NCBI GenBank assembly: GCA_000002445.1
Contig: CM000208.1
Span: 3,648,001 to 3,712,000 of the forward strand
Direction: 5' to 3'
DNA length: 64,000 nt
Source of the DNA: Trypanosoma brucei
Lineage: Eukaryota
The notes under the pieces: generated by a model
What the model saw: only the letters and a program-made list of their open reading frames with translations
Told to the model about the DNA's origin: nothing
Database searches by the model: none
Part shown: piece by piece, positions 53,503-64,000 of the stretch
Position numbering within the stretch: position 1 is the first letter of the stretch
Layout: every line of letters starts with the position of its first letter
Made by a program: the position numbers and the translations under genes

Positions 53503-54384
53503 ATAAATAATAAACGCGTGTATGGTGTGTACATTTTACTGCTGAATCATGGTTAGTATACTCGCCATGAGGGTACGCCGTTGCGTTTACATCTCTTTTT
53601 TTTTTTTCCTTCATATTCTCGCTGCGTTTCACCTCACATTCCACTGAGTGGCGGAGTGTAGAAGGGGCACCCACTGCAGGAGGAGGGAAAGTTACAAAAA
53701 TGTTCGTTTAAGGTATTGACAGTGTTTGGTGTTTAAAAGAAAAGGTAAAGTAGCAAAGAAACAGGAGGATATGACATATGATTAAAAGAGGAAGCACATG
53801 ATGTTAAGATGGTGAGCGAAGGTGAGGGATATCTTTGTGCATGTGGTCCCCGTGTTGTCCACTGCTGAAGGAGTTTTGCCTTGTCAACCGCGGTGGTATT
53901 TGGCAAAACATGTGTTCTTCTTGTGAGTGAGCCTATGCCACTGCGGCGACCTTTGATTGTTATTCACTGTGTTTACTCGCTTGTGAATAAGGTGTTTGCG
54001 TCGCCTTGTAATATCGCACTTTTGCTCTTCTGCTTATTATTATTATTATTATTTTTCGAATCGTGTCGCGTGGGGGATTGTTATTCTATTCTTTTAAAAG
54101 CTCTACAAAAAAGGGAGGAAGTCAAACAGGTAAGTGCACTAAAGGGAGTTCAACCCGCGTTGGTGCAAGGAGCACTGTGAGTAAGTAAACTGAAGGAGAA
54201 AAGGATTTGGCAGAAGGGAAAACAGTTGGTAGACATCGCCAGTTCGAAGTGAACTGGCGCGCCAACAAAAGGTAAGATTTTGCTGCATTTTGCAGAACAA
54301 AAAGGTGCCTTTGAAGGGCGGAGCAGCTGGTGAAAACAACCAGAAAGAAAACCAACTGGAAAGGAAGTTTAGGGGGCTTAGAAG

Positions 54385-57300
54385 ATGTGTGACCGTCTAA
54401 ATACAATGTCTATCATTTCTCCCAGATCAGCAGCTCCCAGCTCGGGGAGGAGACTTTCGGCGTCACGTCGGGGTCAAGATCGAGAATATCGTCGGACGAA
54501 CTCCTCGCGCTCCGTTTTATCCCAAAGGCAGAAACTTAGTGATTCCATTCACGGCACTGGAAATGCCATGGATGTATACGTGCGTGTACGACCATTTAGT
54601 GAGCGAGAATTATCCATGAACGCGCCGCAGCATAGCACGGTGCGCATTGAAGTAGACAATCCGTGCGTTCTTACGCTTTTGGACCCACAGAAGGACTTCA
54701 AACCCCGCCAATCCTACAGTTTTACACGCTGCTTTTGGTCCGTTCTTGAGAGCGACAGTGCAGACTGTGGGAACGCTGGAGATATATTAAGCGCTATAGG
54801 AACTTATATTGACCGACGCGTAGCCTCTCCTCGCTCGAACCGCCAGCGTCAAGCAACTGGAAATTCGTCCCGTTCTCACTCTGCACGTGGAAAGGGAAGC
54901 GGTGACTTCTCCGGATTTGTTGAAACATCGGGATCCAATGCGGCGTTGCTAACTGTCAACACTGTTCCGCATCCCCCGTATAGCTCACAGGCAGATGTCT
55001 ATAACGAGGTTGGTAGGCCTCTATTAGAGAATTCATTGTTAGGATACAATGGCTGTATCTTTGCATACGGGCAAACAGGTAGCGGCAAGACCTTTACTAT
55101 GCTGGGCTACACGCCAAAAGCCAGTGATTTCCGAAGGTCCAGTCGTCGACAGCAAATTTCTATCGATGAAGCTGATGGGGAGCATTTGTTTAATTCATCT
55201 AGTCCCAGACGGACGGCAACTCCACTGACCAGTAATCGTCTTCGCCGGACCTCGTGGAAAAGCAATATGGTTAGCCCACGAGACACGCGGAGTCTCAGTG
55301 GTACATTCCGGGTGGAAGCAGAGCAGTCTGGTGCCGGGGACGACAACAAGCCGTCGGTTGATCCGAATGAACTACAGGGGATTATTCCCCGCATTACCAG
55401 GGATCTTTTTCAAGGGTTACATGAGGTGCGTCATCGAGAAGCCTCTCATTCTTTTCGTGTGGAGTTGGAGTTCTATGAAATATACAATGAGAAGGTGTAT
55501 GACCTTATAAACCCGCAAAAGGATGCTGACCTAAAGATTCGCCAGAACCCACTCACAGGTCCCTACGTAGAGGGACTTTCTTCATTAGTCGTTGTTAACG
55601 AGGTACAGGTGGCTGAAGTAATTAATAGGGGAAGCGTTGATCGTCACACCTCTTGCACTAGAATGAATGATCGCAGCAGCCGCAGTCACGCCATCATTAC
55701 AATTAATATTCTGCAGCTTTCGCTCGACGGGAAGAACAGCAGCTGTCAAAAGCGTAGTAAGCTCAATCTGGTTGATCTTGCTGGATCGGAGCGTATTGGC
55801 GCGACTGGGGTGGAGGGTTTGCACTTCAAGGAATCCACGAAGATTAACTTGTCACTCACTACGTTGGGTCGAGTCATTGATTGTCTAGCTGAGCTTTCGC
55901 AGTCAAAGGTTCCTTCTGTGACTGCTCCCTATCGCGACTCCAACCTCACATGGCTACTGATGGATTCGTTGGGCGGAAACAGCAAGACATCGATGGTGGC
56001 TACTATTTCACCCCACTGTAGCAATTTTGAGGAGATGCGACAGACAATTCGTTACGCCTCTCGTGCCAGGCAGATCGTCAACGTTGCTGTAGTGAATGAA
56101 GACCCACATGTGCGTCAGATCAATATGCTCACCAATGAAGTAGAGAACCTCAAGAAGGTAATTCGCGAAAATGGAATGAACGAGTTTACCCGCGACTACG
56201 TAATTGACTTACGGCAACGCTACAGCGACTTAGAGAAGCGTTGTGTGGAACAGCAGTTGTCCCTGGTGCAACTACGTGCGGAAATAGAGGAGAATACAAC
56301 TTACAACCGCCAAGATGAACCCACTCCAGTGTCTGGAAGAGCCACGCGAGTGTTCCGCGCGGATTTGAATGGACGACGGACGCGAAACAATGTAAACGGA
56401 GACGAGGCAGATGCCTTAACTGTTTCGCCTCGAGTACCGGAATCAAGGAGATCTGCAGCTGCTGCGTGGCCCACCCCTCCCAAATCGTCCCCGTGCAATA
56501 ACACTTCAAGGAACTCCAATGCTGAGGTCACGGCGGAACTGCGAACTCAAATAAAAAGACTCAAAGACGAGCTGAATACGGTGCGAGTGGACAGTTGCCT
56601 CCAGCAGTATCACGTCAAGGAATTTGCGCTTTCCTACACAACTGCCGTTTCTAACGCCATTTGTGATACTGTCATAAAGAAGAACAAGGAATTTTTGGAT
56701 CAAGCAACTCTGTTGTTTGGCACTCGAGCTGGCAGGAGGGACCCGCACCTCCGTCCTCTAAGCAGGACTCCGCGTCGGGATGTAGATGATTCCAAGAAAG
56801 TTCCCGATTGCAGGTCCTGGCGGCCCGCTGATAAGGCTGAGAATGATAGTCGTTGCGTGACGCCAAGCCGCGCCGGAAAGGCTAAACGGGGGGACCCCGA
56901 TGCTGCGTTGGCGATTGAATGCGCCAAATACCAGACAGAGCTGCAGCGGGTTCGCGATGAACTGGGCTCAGCGATTGTGGAAAGTCAACGGACTTCGGAG
57001 GTTCTTAGGCGGCTTCAGTACGAAAGAGAAGATCTGAAGCGGAAGAATGAGGAAATAAGCTCCAAATACGAGGAAAAAGACAGAGAAGTTCGCCAGTTAA
57101 AACGTCTCTTAGAGAGTGGAGCAAGGAGCCGTGAAGAGGGTGAAGGTGGCGTTGGGAGCGCCACCGATTGGAAAAAACAAGCTGATGAAGAGTTGAACTG
57201 CTTACGCGCTGCATTGCAAAAAATATGCGAGGAACACAGTCGTGTGGAGCAACAGCACCAAGCAGAAATTCATAGCCTTATTAGCCAGCAAGACCGATTG

Positions 57301-57672
57301 TTTAATATTAGCAGCAGCCTTTTGGCCAACTGGGAAAGTCGTTCCGCCGCTCTAGATTCCTCCTTTGCACAGCTTCGAGCTCTCCTGCACAATAAGGAAT
57401 ATCAGAGCCAGCACCAACGATTACGAGACAGCATGTTAGAGCGCAGAAATTACTCTGCAGAAGTTGCCGCCGTGGATGAGCGCAAACGGCGTGACACGCA
57501 GCGGCTCCGTGAAATTATGGAACAGCTAAAGCAGAACCAGAAGGATAGTAAGGCGAGCATTCAAAAATTTGAAGAGGACGTCAGGCAACACTTCTCTGGT
57601 GTTAGAACAGCTAGGGAAGGTAACGGAGGTGAATCTTCATTCGCTAATCCGCACTCTTCACGGCCACGCTGA
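54385..57672 (+). CDS. Kinesin (N-terminal motor, C-terminal coiled coil), kinetoplastid-type with loop insertions
   Basis: Motor motifs are present: VYVRVRPFSERE, P-loop AYGQTGSGKTFTMLG, switch I NDRSSRSHAI, switch II LVDLAGSER, and neck VNEDPHVRQI. The C-terminal half (aa ~600-1095) is heptad-rich with E/K/R/L periodicity. Confidence 0.85.
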   Translation: MCDRLNTMSIISPRSAAPSSGRRLSASRRGQDREYRRTNSSRSVLSQRQKLSDSIHGTGNAMDVYVRVRPFSERELSMNAPQHSTVRIEVDNPCVLTLLDPQKDFKPRQSYSFTRCFWSVLESDSADCGNAGDILSAIGTYIDRRVASPRSNRQRQATGNSSRSHSARGKGSGDFSGFVETSGSNAALLTVNTVPHPPYSSQADVYNEVGRPLLENSLLGYNGCIFAYGQTGSGKTFTMLGYTPKASDFRRSSRRQQISIDEADGEHLFNSSSPRRTATPLTSNRLRRTSWKSNMVSPRDTRSLSGTFRVEAEQSGAGDDNKPSVDPNELQGIIPRITRDLFQGLHEVRHREASHSFRVELEFYEIYNEKVYDLINPQKDADLKIRQNPLTGPYVEGLSSLVVVNEVQVAEVINRGSVDRHTSCTRMNDRSSRSHAIITINILQLSLDGKNSSCQKRSKLNLVDLAGSERIGATGVEGLHFKESTKINLSLTTLGRVIDCLAELSQSKVPSVTAPYRDSNLTWLLMDSLGGNSKTSMVATISPHCSNFEEMRQTIRYASRARQIVNVAVVNEDPHVRQINMLTNEVENLKKVIRENGMNEFTRDYVIDLRQRYSDLEKRCVEQQLSLVQLRAEIEENTTYNRQDEPTPVSGRATRVFRADLNGRRTRNNVNGDEADALTVSPRVPESRRSAAAAWPTPPKSSPCNNTSRNSNAEVTAELRTQIKRLKDELNTVRVDSCLQQYHVKEFALSYTTAVSNAICDTVIKKNKEFLDQATLLFGTRAGRRDPHLRPLSRTPRRDVDDSKKVPDCRSWRPADKAENDSRCVTPSRAGKAKRGDPDAALAIECAKYQTELQRVRDELGSAIVESQRTSEVLRRLQYEREDLKRKNEEISSKYEEKDREVRQLKRLLESGARSREEGEGGVGSATDWKKQADEELNCLRAALQKICEEHSRVEQQHQAEIHSLISQQDRLFNISSSLLANWESRSAALDSSFAQLRALLHNKEYQSQHQRLRDSMLERRNYSAEVAAVDERKRRDTQRLREIMEQLKQNQKDSKASIQKFEEDVRQHFSGVRTAREGNGGESSFANPHSSRPR
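55663..56125 (+). repeat. Paralogous identity tract (kinesin 1 copy) shared with 61084-61550
   Basis: Runs of 27-65 nt are perfectly identical to the second kinesin, e.g. aatgaatgatcgcagcagccgcagtcacgccatc, agtaagctcaatctggttgatcttgctggatcggagcgtattggcgc, tccaacctcacatggctactgatggattcgttgggcggaaacagcaagacatcgatggtggctac. Confidence 0.9.
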
Positions 57673-60156
57673 GGGCCTCCACCCCGCAGTAGGGTTAGTA
57701 CCTTAAAATGAGGAAAGGACACAATGAGAAGGGGTGCTGCATATAAAAGGGAAATAATGAGCGGGTAATGGCCGTGTGTGGACATTAGAAGAGGGAGGGA
57801 GGGTAATTCGTTCGAATACAACGAATTGGTGACCCCCCACACACATATGTTAGCTTTGGTGACTGACTGTTGGCCCACTTGCCCTTCAAACTGTTTCATT
57901 CGGGTCCCTATGTACGTGGATGTGACAAAGCCCACGAAGGTAATTGCTGATGACTTGCACTACGCTTCATTGGATATCTTTGCTGTCTGTCATCTGTGTT
58001 TTGGTCGTTTTTTTTGTTTCTTTTCACGGTCACACAGGAGAAATAGGCGAAATTACTTTCGATATTCCGTGAAGTCCTATCTAGAGCAGGGGAGTAAGGG
58101 AAACCTGTATAAAATATGCCAAGTAGGCAGCAGAGGAACTTGGAGTGAGTCCATGATATCGACGAATACGGCCCCGTCAGTGAGGGAAGTAAAGGCGAAA
58201 AGTGAAAACAAATATTTCTGTATCAGTGGTCGAGTAGCGTCGCCTCGGTACGGGAGTAAAGATTTTGGGAGCTTCCTCCTTTGAGTAGTGTCTGTGTTTT
58301 CATTTTGCTCTTTTTTTGATCTTTCCTCACAGCACCTCTCCTACTGCGTTGTTTCGTGTTTTACTCTAGTCCCTGCCTTTTCTTCTGTTTTTGTTTCTTT
58401 TTCTTTTTAAGTTTTCTCGGTGCGTACTTTTTGCTGTTGATTTGTGTGTGATTGTGCAAAGTCGATAGTGTTTCGGTAATTCGCTTTGTCATTTCAACTT
58501 TCGTTACTCCCCTCCCCACTCCACCTCGCATCGCTCTTCTTTCTGTTTCTACCGTTATTGCCATTCTTGTGGTTCCGTATGGTTGGAAACTGCGCCATGT
58601 TGCGCTTTCTGTAAAGTAGAGGAATGAGGGAATGGGTATATCTAGTGCAGCAATGGTGTGGTGATGAGTGGCACTACCGTTATATGGAAATTCCGTCCCG
58701 AAGAAAGTGACCTCCGTTTTTTTTTGTTTTCACACCCTCTTTTTCCTTTATATCTCGTCTTCCGTTGCTGCCGCAACGAGACTTGTTCATCTTCACTGGC
58801 ACTCTTTCATCCCTCTCCCTCCCGTTTCCTCTCTCTGTGTTTTGCCAGTGTTATGTCTCAATCGATATCCAAAACAAGCAGGCAAAGGGTATGTTTTTTT
58901 TTTATTTTTCAGCCGAATGAGCAAAGAAGCAAGTGGGGGCAGAAGGGGATAAACGACAAAAAAGCAACTGAGGGAGAATTCGCCCGTGTGTGAATAACAG
59001 TGACTCCAAAAGAATGGGTTTTTTGATTAAATAAATAAAAAAAAGAGCAATCACGCATATGTATTTATGTACGCATGTGTGCTTGTGTGCTTGTGTGCGC
59101 TTATTTAATGAAAAGTAATTTTACGATTATCATTCAAAAGCACAATAACGCGCCGTAGCTTTTACGGAAGGGAACCAGATGTTTCAGAAGTAGAGCAGGA
59201 AGGGAGAATTGTGGCTTTCGTTTGGGGAGGAAGATGAAGCGGCGACAGGTCCAGCGTTAATGATTTTATTGTATTTGTTTATCTATTTACTTATTTTTCA
59301 ATTTACTTTTATTTCTTCTTTCGTATAATATTCACATGGCCATCATCATTTTTTTTTTCGAAAACTTGCTTTTCTTTCCTCTCCTTTTCTCTCCTCCACT
59401 TCCACTTCCATTTCCACTTCCCAGACTTTCCGTATGTTCTTCGTTGTTGTTCTCGTGATGCCCTTCAGCTTCTTACCATCTCTTTCCTCTCTCTCCCCCT
59501 CCAGGTGCACACCCACGCGATTTAAAGGCACACCTCTGCCAAAGCGGGTTGAGTGGTAGCAGCGATACAAGAAACTGAGTAAAGGAAAATAAACAAATGA
59601 GGAAATGGGTGATTACAAATGCATCGGTGCCTGTAGGAATGGACAAGAAGATGGGTGTTGCATGAATGAGAGAAGGGGAAGGGAGTAACGGAGTAAGGAA
59701 GTCGTTGTTTGTGAATTGGGATGTGAACTGTTCCACTTGCCGTTTCTCTGGTGATCCTTTTTTCTTTGTTTTGTGTGAGGAAATAGAATATTTTTCTGCT
59801 GTGGCATTTTCATATGTATTTTGCACGCTTTTTTGCGTGTATGTACATATTTGTATTCATTTACCCATATATATACGACAGCTCTGAGGTATGAAGGGAC
59901 GCGCTTGCATTACTGATATTCACCTTTTTGTATTTAATCATGACATCGGCTGTGATCACGTCAGTGCCAACCCTGACGATTATTATTATTATTATTTATT
60001 ATTTACTACTTCTTGTTTTAATCACTACCCCACAGAAGACTGGTGAGAACAAGGGAAGAAAGAGAAGGTTAAGGTGAGGGACGAGGAGCGGTTATAAGGA
60101 AAGACTAATTAAGGTGAACGGTAAGGGAATTGCGTGGGATTTAGACTGCGGCAGCA

Positions 60157-63100
60157 ATGGTGAGATTAGATCCCAGCGCATCCACGGCGTCATCCATGAC
60201 CACAACCACAGCGACTTCTGCCCTTGATGTTTCATTGACTGAACAGGATACATCACGCAGCAACGGGGGTGCGCAGGACAGCGCGATGCGTGTGTATGTT
60301 CGCATTCGGCCTTTCACCGCGAGTGAACTCTTGGAAAATGGGGAGCGGCCCAACCGGACTATCGCTCTCGACGCGAGAGATGGCCACATAAAAATCATGG
60401 ACCCCTCACGGAACTTCACGACGCGCCTCACGTACGTTTTTGAGCGCTGCTTTGACTCGGCCGAGGCCGGACCAGGAGCGGACCAGGAGGAAGTATACAC
60501 GCATGTTGGTCGTACAGTTCTAAACAACACGGTGGATGGTTACAACGGTTGCATTTTGGCGTATGGACAAACGGGGACTGGTAAAACATACACCATGCTG
60601 GGGCCAAGGGACGTAGTGACTAGTGGGAGGTTATATCGGGAAGAGCTGGCACAGCAAAGCTCCTCTTTTTCTAGTATCACTAAGTTGAAGCTATGCTCGC
60701 CCTCACCCTCCTGCTCAGGCCAGATGAAAGGCATAGATGAGAGTGCCTTTCTGGAACTCTCATTGGGTGGAGATAGTTTTTCGACGACGGAAGAAGGTAT
60801 TATTCCTCGCTTTGCACGTGACCTCTTCAACTCCCTTCGACAAAAGCAGAGAGAAGACAGTTCGTACTCCTACCGCGTGGAAATGGAGTTCTATGAAATT
60901 TATAACGAAAAAGTCTTTGATCTCATCTCAGGTGGGCACTCTACAAATGACCTTCGGGTAAGGCACCAGACCGTACGGGGTGTTTTTGTGGAAGGTCTGG
61001 ACCGGAAGCCAATAGCAGCAGAGGAAGATTTATTGTTCTGGATGTACCGGGGAAGCATTGAGCGTCATACCGCTTCCACTAAAATGAATGATCGCAGCAG
61101 CCGCAGTCACGCCATCCTTTCCATTCACGTTGTACAAATGACACTTGATGAAAATAATAATACTAACCGCGTCAGTAGTAAGCTCAATCTGGTTGATCTT
61201 GCTGGATCGGAGCGTATTGGCGCTAGTGGGGTGGAGGGTTTGCACTTCAAGGAATCCACGAAGATTAACTTGTCGCTCACGGCACTGGGTCGAGTCATTG
61301 ATTGTCTAGCTGATGCTTCAACGGGTAAACCGAGCGCATTCTGTCCGTACCGTGAATCCAACCTCACATGGCTACTGATGGATTCGTTGGGCGGAAACAG
61401 CAAGACATCGATGGTGGCTACCGTTTCCCCGTGCGTGGAGCACTACGAAGTGACATGTCAAACACTGCGTTATGCCTCTCGTGCGAAGCAGATCGTCAAC
61501 GTTGCCGTCGTGAATGAAGACCCACAGGTACGCCAGATCAAGAAGCTCACTGCCGAAGTGTCGAGACTAAAGCAGCTACTGAACAATCAGTCTATTTGTG
61601 ACTATAGCAATGAAGAAGTTGAACGGTTGCGCCAGCGAGTGGTGCAACTTCAGCAGGAGGCGGTTGAACGTGACTTCATGTTGGAGACGTTTCGCGAAGA
61701 GTTGAACGACAAAACTAGTTTGATGAATCACCATCGCAACGGAAGTGTCACCCTTTGCAAACACAACGCTAATGGTAAACAACACCAACAGGGGGGAGAG
61801 ACGATGACCAAGGATGAGGTTAACAGCCCACACCTGATGCAAAGGACGAAGGGAAAGGAGTCAACAGGGGGTGCAGCAACCGGTGATTGTGGGGGAAAAC
61901 AGAGTTCTCGGTCAGTAAATCCGTATCTCAATGCCAGGACGTTACAGCAGCTGAAGTACCTTCGAATTGAGGCCGATCAAGACTACGGTACACTGATAGC
62001 TACGCTGGCGCGGTGTGCATTCGACGCTACAATGAATTACGAATGCACGTTGCAGAAAAACATCATGATGATAAACTCTCATAGTCATGCCTTGCGAGAA
62101 AACGTGCAAAAGATGGAGTCCAAGGAATGGTTGGTACTTGCTTCCATTGGAGATAGGCTTCTTTCCGAGTTCGCTAAGGCATGCGGAAAGCATGCGAGCA
62201 CCCCAAGGCACCACGAAACGGTGAAACCCAAGGGACTGAAGACCCCTGAAGTTGAAGTCCAGGATAAGGATAGGGATAAGGCACGAATGGAAATAAACAG
62301 GCTGCGAGAGCGGCTGTATGATGCCATGGTGGAAAACGATGGGCTCAAAGAGCGTTGTGAGGCGTTGGAAAAGGAAGCGCACAACTTCTCCAAAATGGAA
62401 AGAACTCTAAAGCAAAAGTTAGCTACTCTGCAGGCTGAACTAGATGGGGCCGGTCCTAAGGTGATTGCATGGGCAACAAACACCATGAAGGCGGAACCAG
62501 GGTTGACACCGAGAACTGCTGTGAATACCACCAGGGAAAATCACGACTGTCCCAAAGAGGGGCGGAGGATGTCACCTCTACTCCCCAGCGCGAGATGTGT
62601 CCAAGCACGCAAGGTAAAACACAGTCCCCGTCAAAAGGAGGTTGGAACCACTCGTCGTGTTGCAGAAAAAAATGGGACCGAAGCGCAGCTTGAAAACAGT
62701 GTATGTTCCCTCTCTGTTCCAGTGTTGAACCTCCGTCAGATCAGCGCAGCAGCTTTTCTCAGGTCTGCGATTGACTCTCACCACGATGCGCTGCTTGATC
62801 TTCTGATGGATAAGTTCCGCTTGGTCGGCAACCTGTACGAACAATATGCTAAGAGCTTTCTCGGAAAAAACCCTTTAACTGGGAGCAACGGAAAAAGCGA
62901 ATGCCCTGAAAAAGAGCTGACGCTTGCAGAAGAACGATTGCCAAGCAAAAAAGTCCCAAAAAGGTCTGTCGAGGTGCAGAAAAAAAGTAAGGTCGCGAGT
63001 GATATGATTTCATCCAGGGGGCGTGGTCGGGGCGGAGTTTTAACGGGAGATGATGCGCTATGCAGGGAGTCAACCGTTACCTTGCACAGTCCCAGGGGCG

Positions 63101-64000
63101 CAGAGAATGCTAAGGGGTTGCAACGACGCTGTCATCAAAAAGCGCAAGCTACGACAGTCCGAAAGACATCCAGAAGAACTCTTGGAAGCAGCAGCGATAC
63201 CTTTTTACCTGACTGCGAGGAAGAAGTCACCTTTTTGAAGGAACAGTTTACCAGGAGGGAATCTGGGATTAAAAAGGAGCATCAGTCGGTTGTCAGGGAG
63301 CTGCAAAACAACTTAGCTGAGGCAGTGAAAAGAGCGGCCCAGGAATATAAACAACTCTTGGATCAATCTAGCAACGAAAAGAAGCAGTTGAACGAGCAAC
63401 TTGCCAAGTATGGATCAATTGCGGCTGCTGCTGAGAAGACTAAGGAAAGTGTCTCCGAACAAACGCGTTTGTTCAGGGAGCAATGTAGCGGACGAACTGC
63501 AATTGAGATCGAACAGATGGAGGTTTGGGCATCCACAGTGGCGAGCAGCGTAGCGAGTATTTACCGTCTACGAAAGGAACAGGAAAGTGTTGCTGCCGCA
63601 AAGGAACGGCAACAACTTATTAATCAGGCGGCCTGCGACAAAGCGGAACTAACGTGCTCCCTTCGCCACAGAACTGAAGTGCTTTTGGAGTGGGTATCCG
63701 GGCGTGAAGTTCTCCTCTGCGAAGAAGAAAGGACTCGTGCCCACCTTGTTCTTCGTTTCCGCGAGCAGGGAATTGCGTCTGGATGTTGCGCGGAGCTTTC
63801 CACCATGCTTGTTGAGAGCCACAAGTTACTTACCGAACATTGTGTAGTTGAACACCAGGTGTTTATAGAAGGAGTTACGCCCATCTGCAATGCGTTCCTG
63901 GGCGCCAGTAATGCCCTAGCAAAGGAAAAGAGCCATGTTATGCAGTTGCAAGGTCAGGTGCGCTCTGCAGTAATGGGTCAATGCCGACAACAGTTACTGC
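60157..64000 (+). CDS. Kinesin paralogue (N-terminal motor + coiled coil), 3'-truncated by the window end
   Basis: ATG at 60157. Motor motifs are present: MRVYVRIRPFTASE, AYGQTGTGKTYTMLG, NDRSSRSHAI, LVDLAGSER, VNEDPQVRQI. The reading frame stays open to position 64000, so it is absent from the complete-ORF track. It shares nucleotide-identical tracts with the upstream kinesin. Confidence 0.85.
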   Translation, partial: MVRLDPSASTASSMTTTTATSALDVSLTEQDTSRSNGGAQDSAMRVYVRIRPFTASELLENGERPNRTIALDARDGHIKIMDPSRNFTTRLTYVFERCFDSAEAGPGADQEEVYTHVGRTVLNNTVDGYNGCILAYGQTGTGKTYTMLGPRDVVTSGRLYREELAQQSSSFSSITKLKLCSPSPSCSGQMKGIDESAFLELSLGGDSFSTTEEGIIPRFARDLFNSLRQKQREDSSYSYRVEMEFYEIYNEKVFDLISGGHSTNDLRVRHQTVRGVFVEGLDRKPIAAEEDLLFWMYRGSIERHTASTKMNDRSSRSHAILSIHVVQMTLDENNNTNRVSSKLNLVDLAGSERIGASGVEGLHFKESTKINLSLTALGRVIDCLADASTGKPSAFCPYRESNLTWLLMDSLGGNSKTSMVATVSPCVEHYEVTCQTLRYASRAKQIVNVAVVNEDPQVRQIKKLTAEVSRLKQLLNNQSICDYSNEEVERLRQRVVQLQQEAVERDFMLETFREELNDKTSLMNHHRNGSVTLCKHNANGKQHQQGGETMTKDEVNSPHLMQRTKGKESTGGAATGDCGGKQSSRSVNPYLNARTLQQLKYLRIEADQDYGTLIATLARCAFDATMNYECTLQKNIMMINSHSHALRENVQKMESKEWLVLASIGDRLLSEFAKACGKHASTPRHHETVKPKGLKTPEVEVQDKDRDKARMEINRLRERLYDAMVENDGLKERCEALEKEAHNFSKMERTLKQKLATLQAELDGAGPKVIAWATNTMKAEPGLTPRTAVNTTRENHDCPKEGRRMSPLLPSARCVQARKVKHSPRQKEVGTTRRVAEKNGTEAQLENSVCSLSVPVLNLRQISAAAFLRSAIDSHHDALLDLLMDKFRLVGNLYEQYAKSFLGKNPLTGSNGKSECPEKELTLAEERLPSKKVPKRSVEVQKKSKVASDMISSRGRGRGGVLTGDDALCRESTVTLHSPRGAENAKGLQRRCHQKAQATTVRKTSRRTLGSSSDTFLPDCEEEVTFLKEQFTRRESGIKKEHQSVVRELQNNLAEAVKRAAQEYKQLLDQSSNEKKQLNEQLAKYGSIAAAAEKTKESVSEQTRLFREQCSGRTAIEIEQMEVWASTVASSVASIYRLRKEQESVAAAKERQQLINQAACDKAELTCSLRHRTEVLLEWVSGREVLLCEEERTRAHLVLRFREQGIASGCCAELSTMLVESHKLLTEHCVVEHQVFIEGVTPICNAFLGASNALAKEKSHVMQLQGQVRSAVMGQCRQQLL
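61084..61550 (+). repeat. Paralogous identity tract (kinesin 2 copy) shared with 55663-56125
   Basis: Same identical runs as listed for 55663-56125, interleaved with divergent segments. Confidence 0.9.

Noticed and set aside
53795-53870. Possible C/D snoRNA (box-C-like ATGATGT at ~53798, box-D CTGA at ~53865, ~70 nt apart) in the UTP11-kinesin spacer
   Set aside because: Box C is imperfect (RUGAUGA not matched). No terminal stem complementarity, no identifiable box C'/D', and no rRNA antisense element could be assessed without tools. Too weak to report.
60141-60530. 129-aa minus-strand ORF at the start of the second kinesin
   Set aside because: Antisense to the kinesin motor-domain N-terminus (RIRPF, P-loop region). 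Chance ORF.

Overview
The window looks like a kinetoplastid (trypanosomatid) nuclear chromosome segment, most likely from an African Trypanosoma (T. brucei-like). The species call is an inference from gene content and intergenic style and was not checked against any database. Fifteen protein-coding ORFs all lie on the + strand with no introns, forming one unidirectional polycistronic array. Genes are separated by T-rich and microsatellite-rich intergenic DNA carrying polypyrimidine tracts, as expected for trans-splicing and polyadenylation. Recognisable products, in order: an LRR protein; methionine aminopeptidase 1 with an N-terminal zinc finger; a SPEF1/CLAMP-type CH-like (DUF1042) protein; a 1,678-aa protein with a degenerate kinase-like domain; a CaMKK-type Ser/Thr kinase with large inserts; a poly-proline protein; a small signal-peptide/TM ORF; a tandem CYTH (triphosphate-tunnel) protein; the trypanosome histone H3 variant (H3V); a DEAH-like helicase with all catalytic motifs degenerate; a SURP-module protein that abuts that helicase with zero spacer; an RNA polymerase alpha-like subunit (RPAC1/RPB3 family); the SSU-processome protein UTP11; and two tandem kinesin paralogues, the second 3'-truncated by the window. 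No tRNA, rRNA, snRNA, CRISPR or recognisable transposon was found, and there is no strand switch. Most worth a second look: (1) the helicase/SURP junction at 46,45x-46,5xx, where two long ORFs in different frames touch at a T6 run, most simply one ~1,780-aa gene split by a frameshift; (2) mosaic nucleotide-identical tracts shared by the two kinesins, suggesting gene conversion; (3) the H3V gene sitting between unusually long (2.6-5.5 kb) ORF-free low-complexity spacers; (4) a tandem CYTH protein lacking the N-terminal catalytic glutamates; (5) assorted tandem, palindromic and inverted microsatellite structures.
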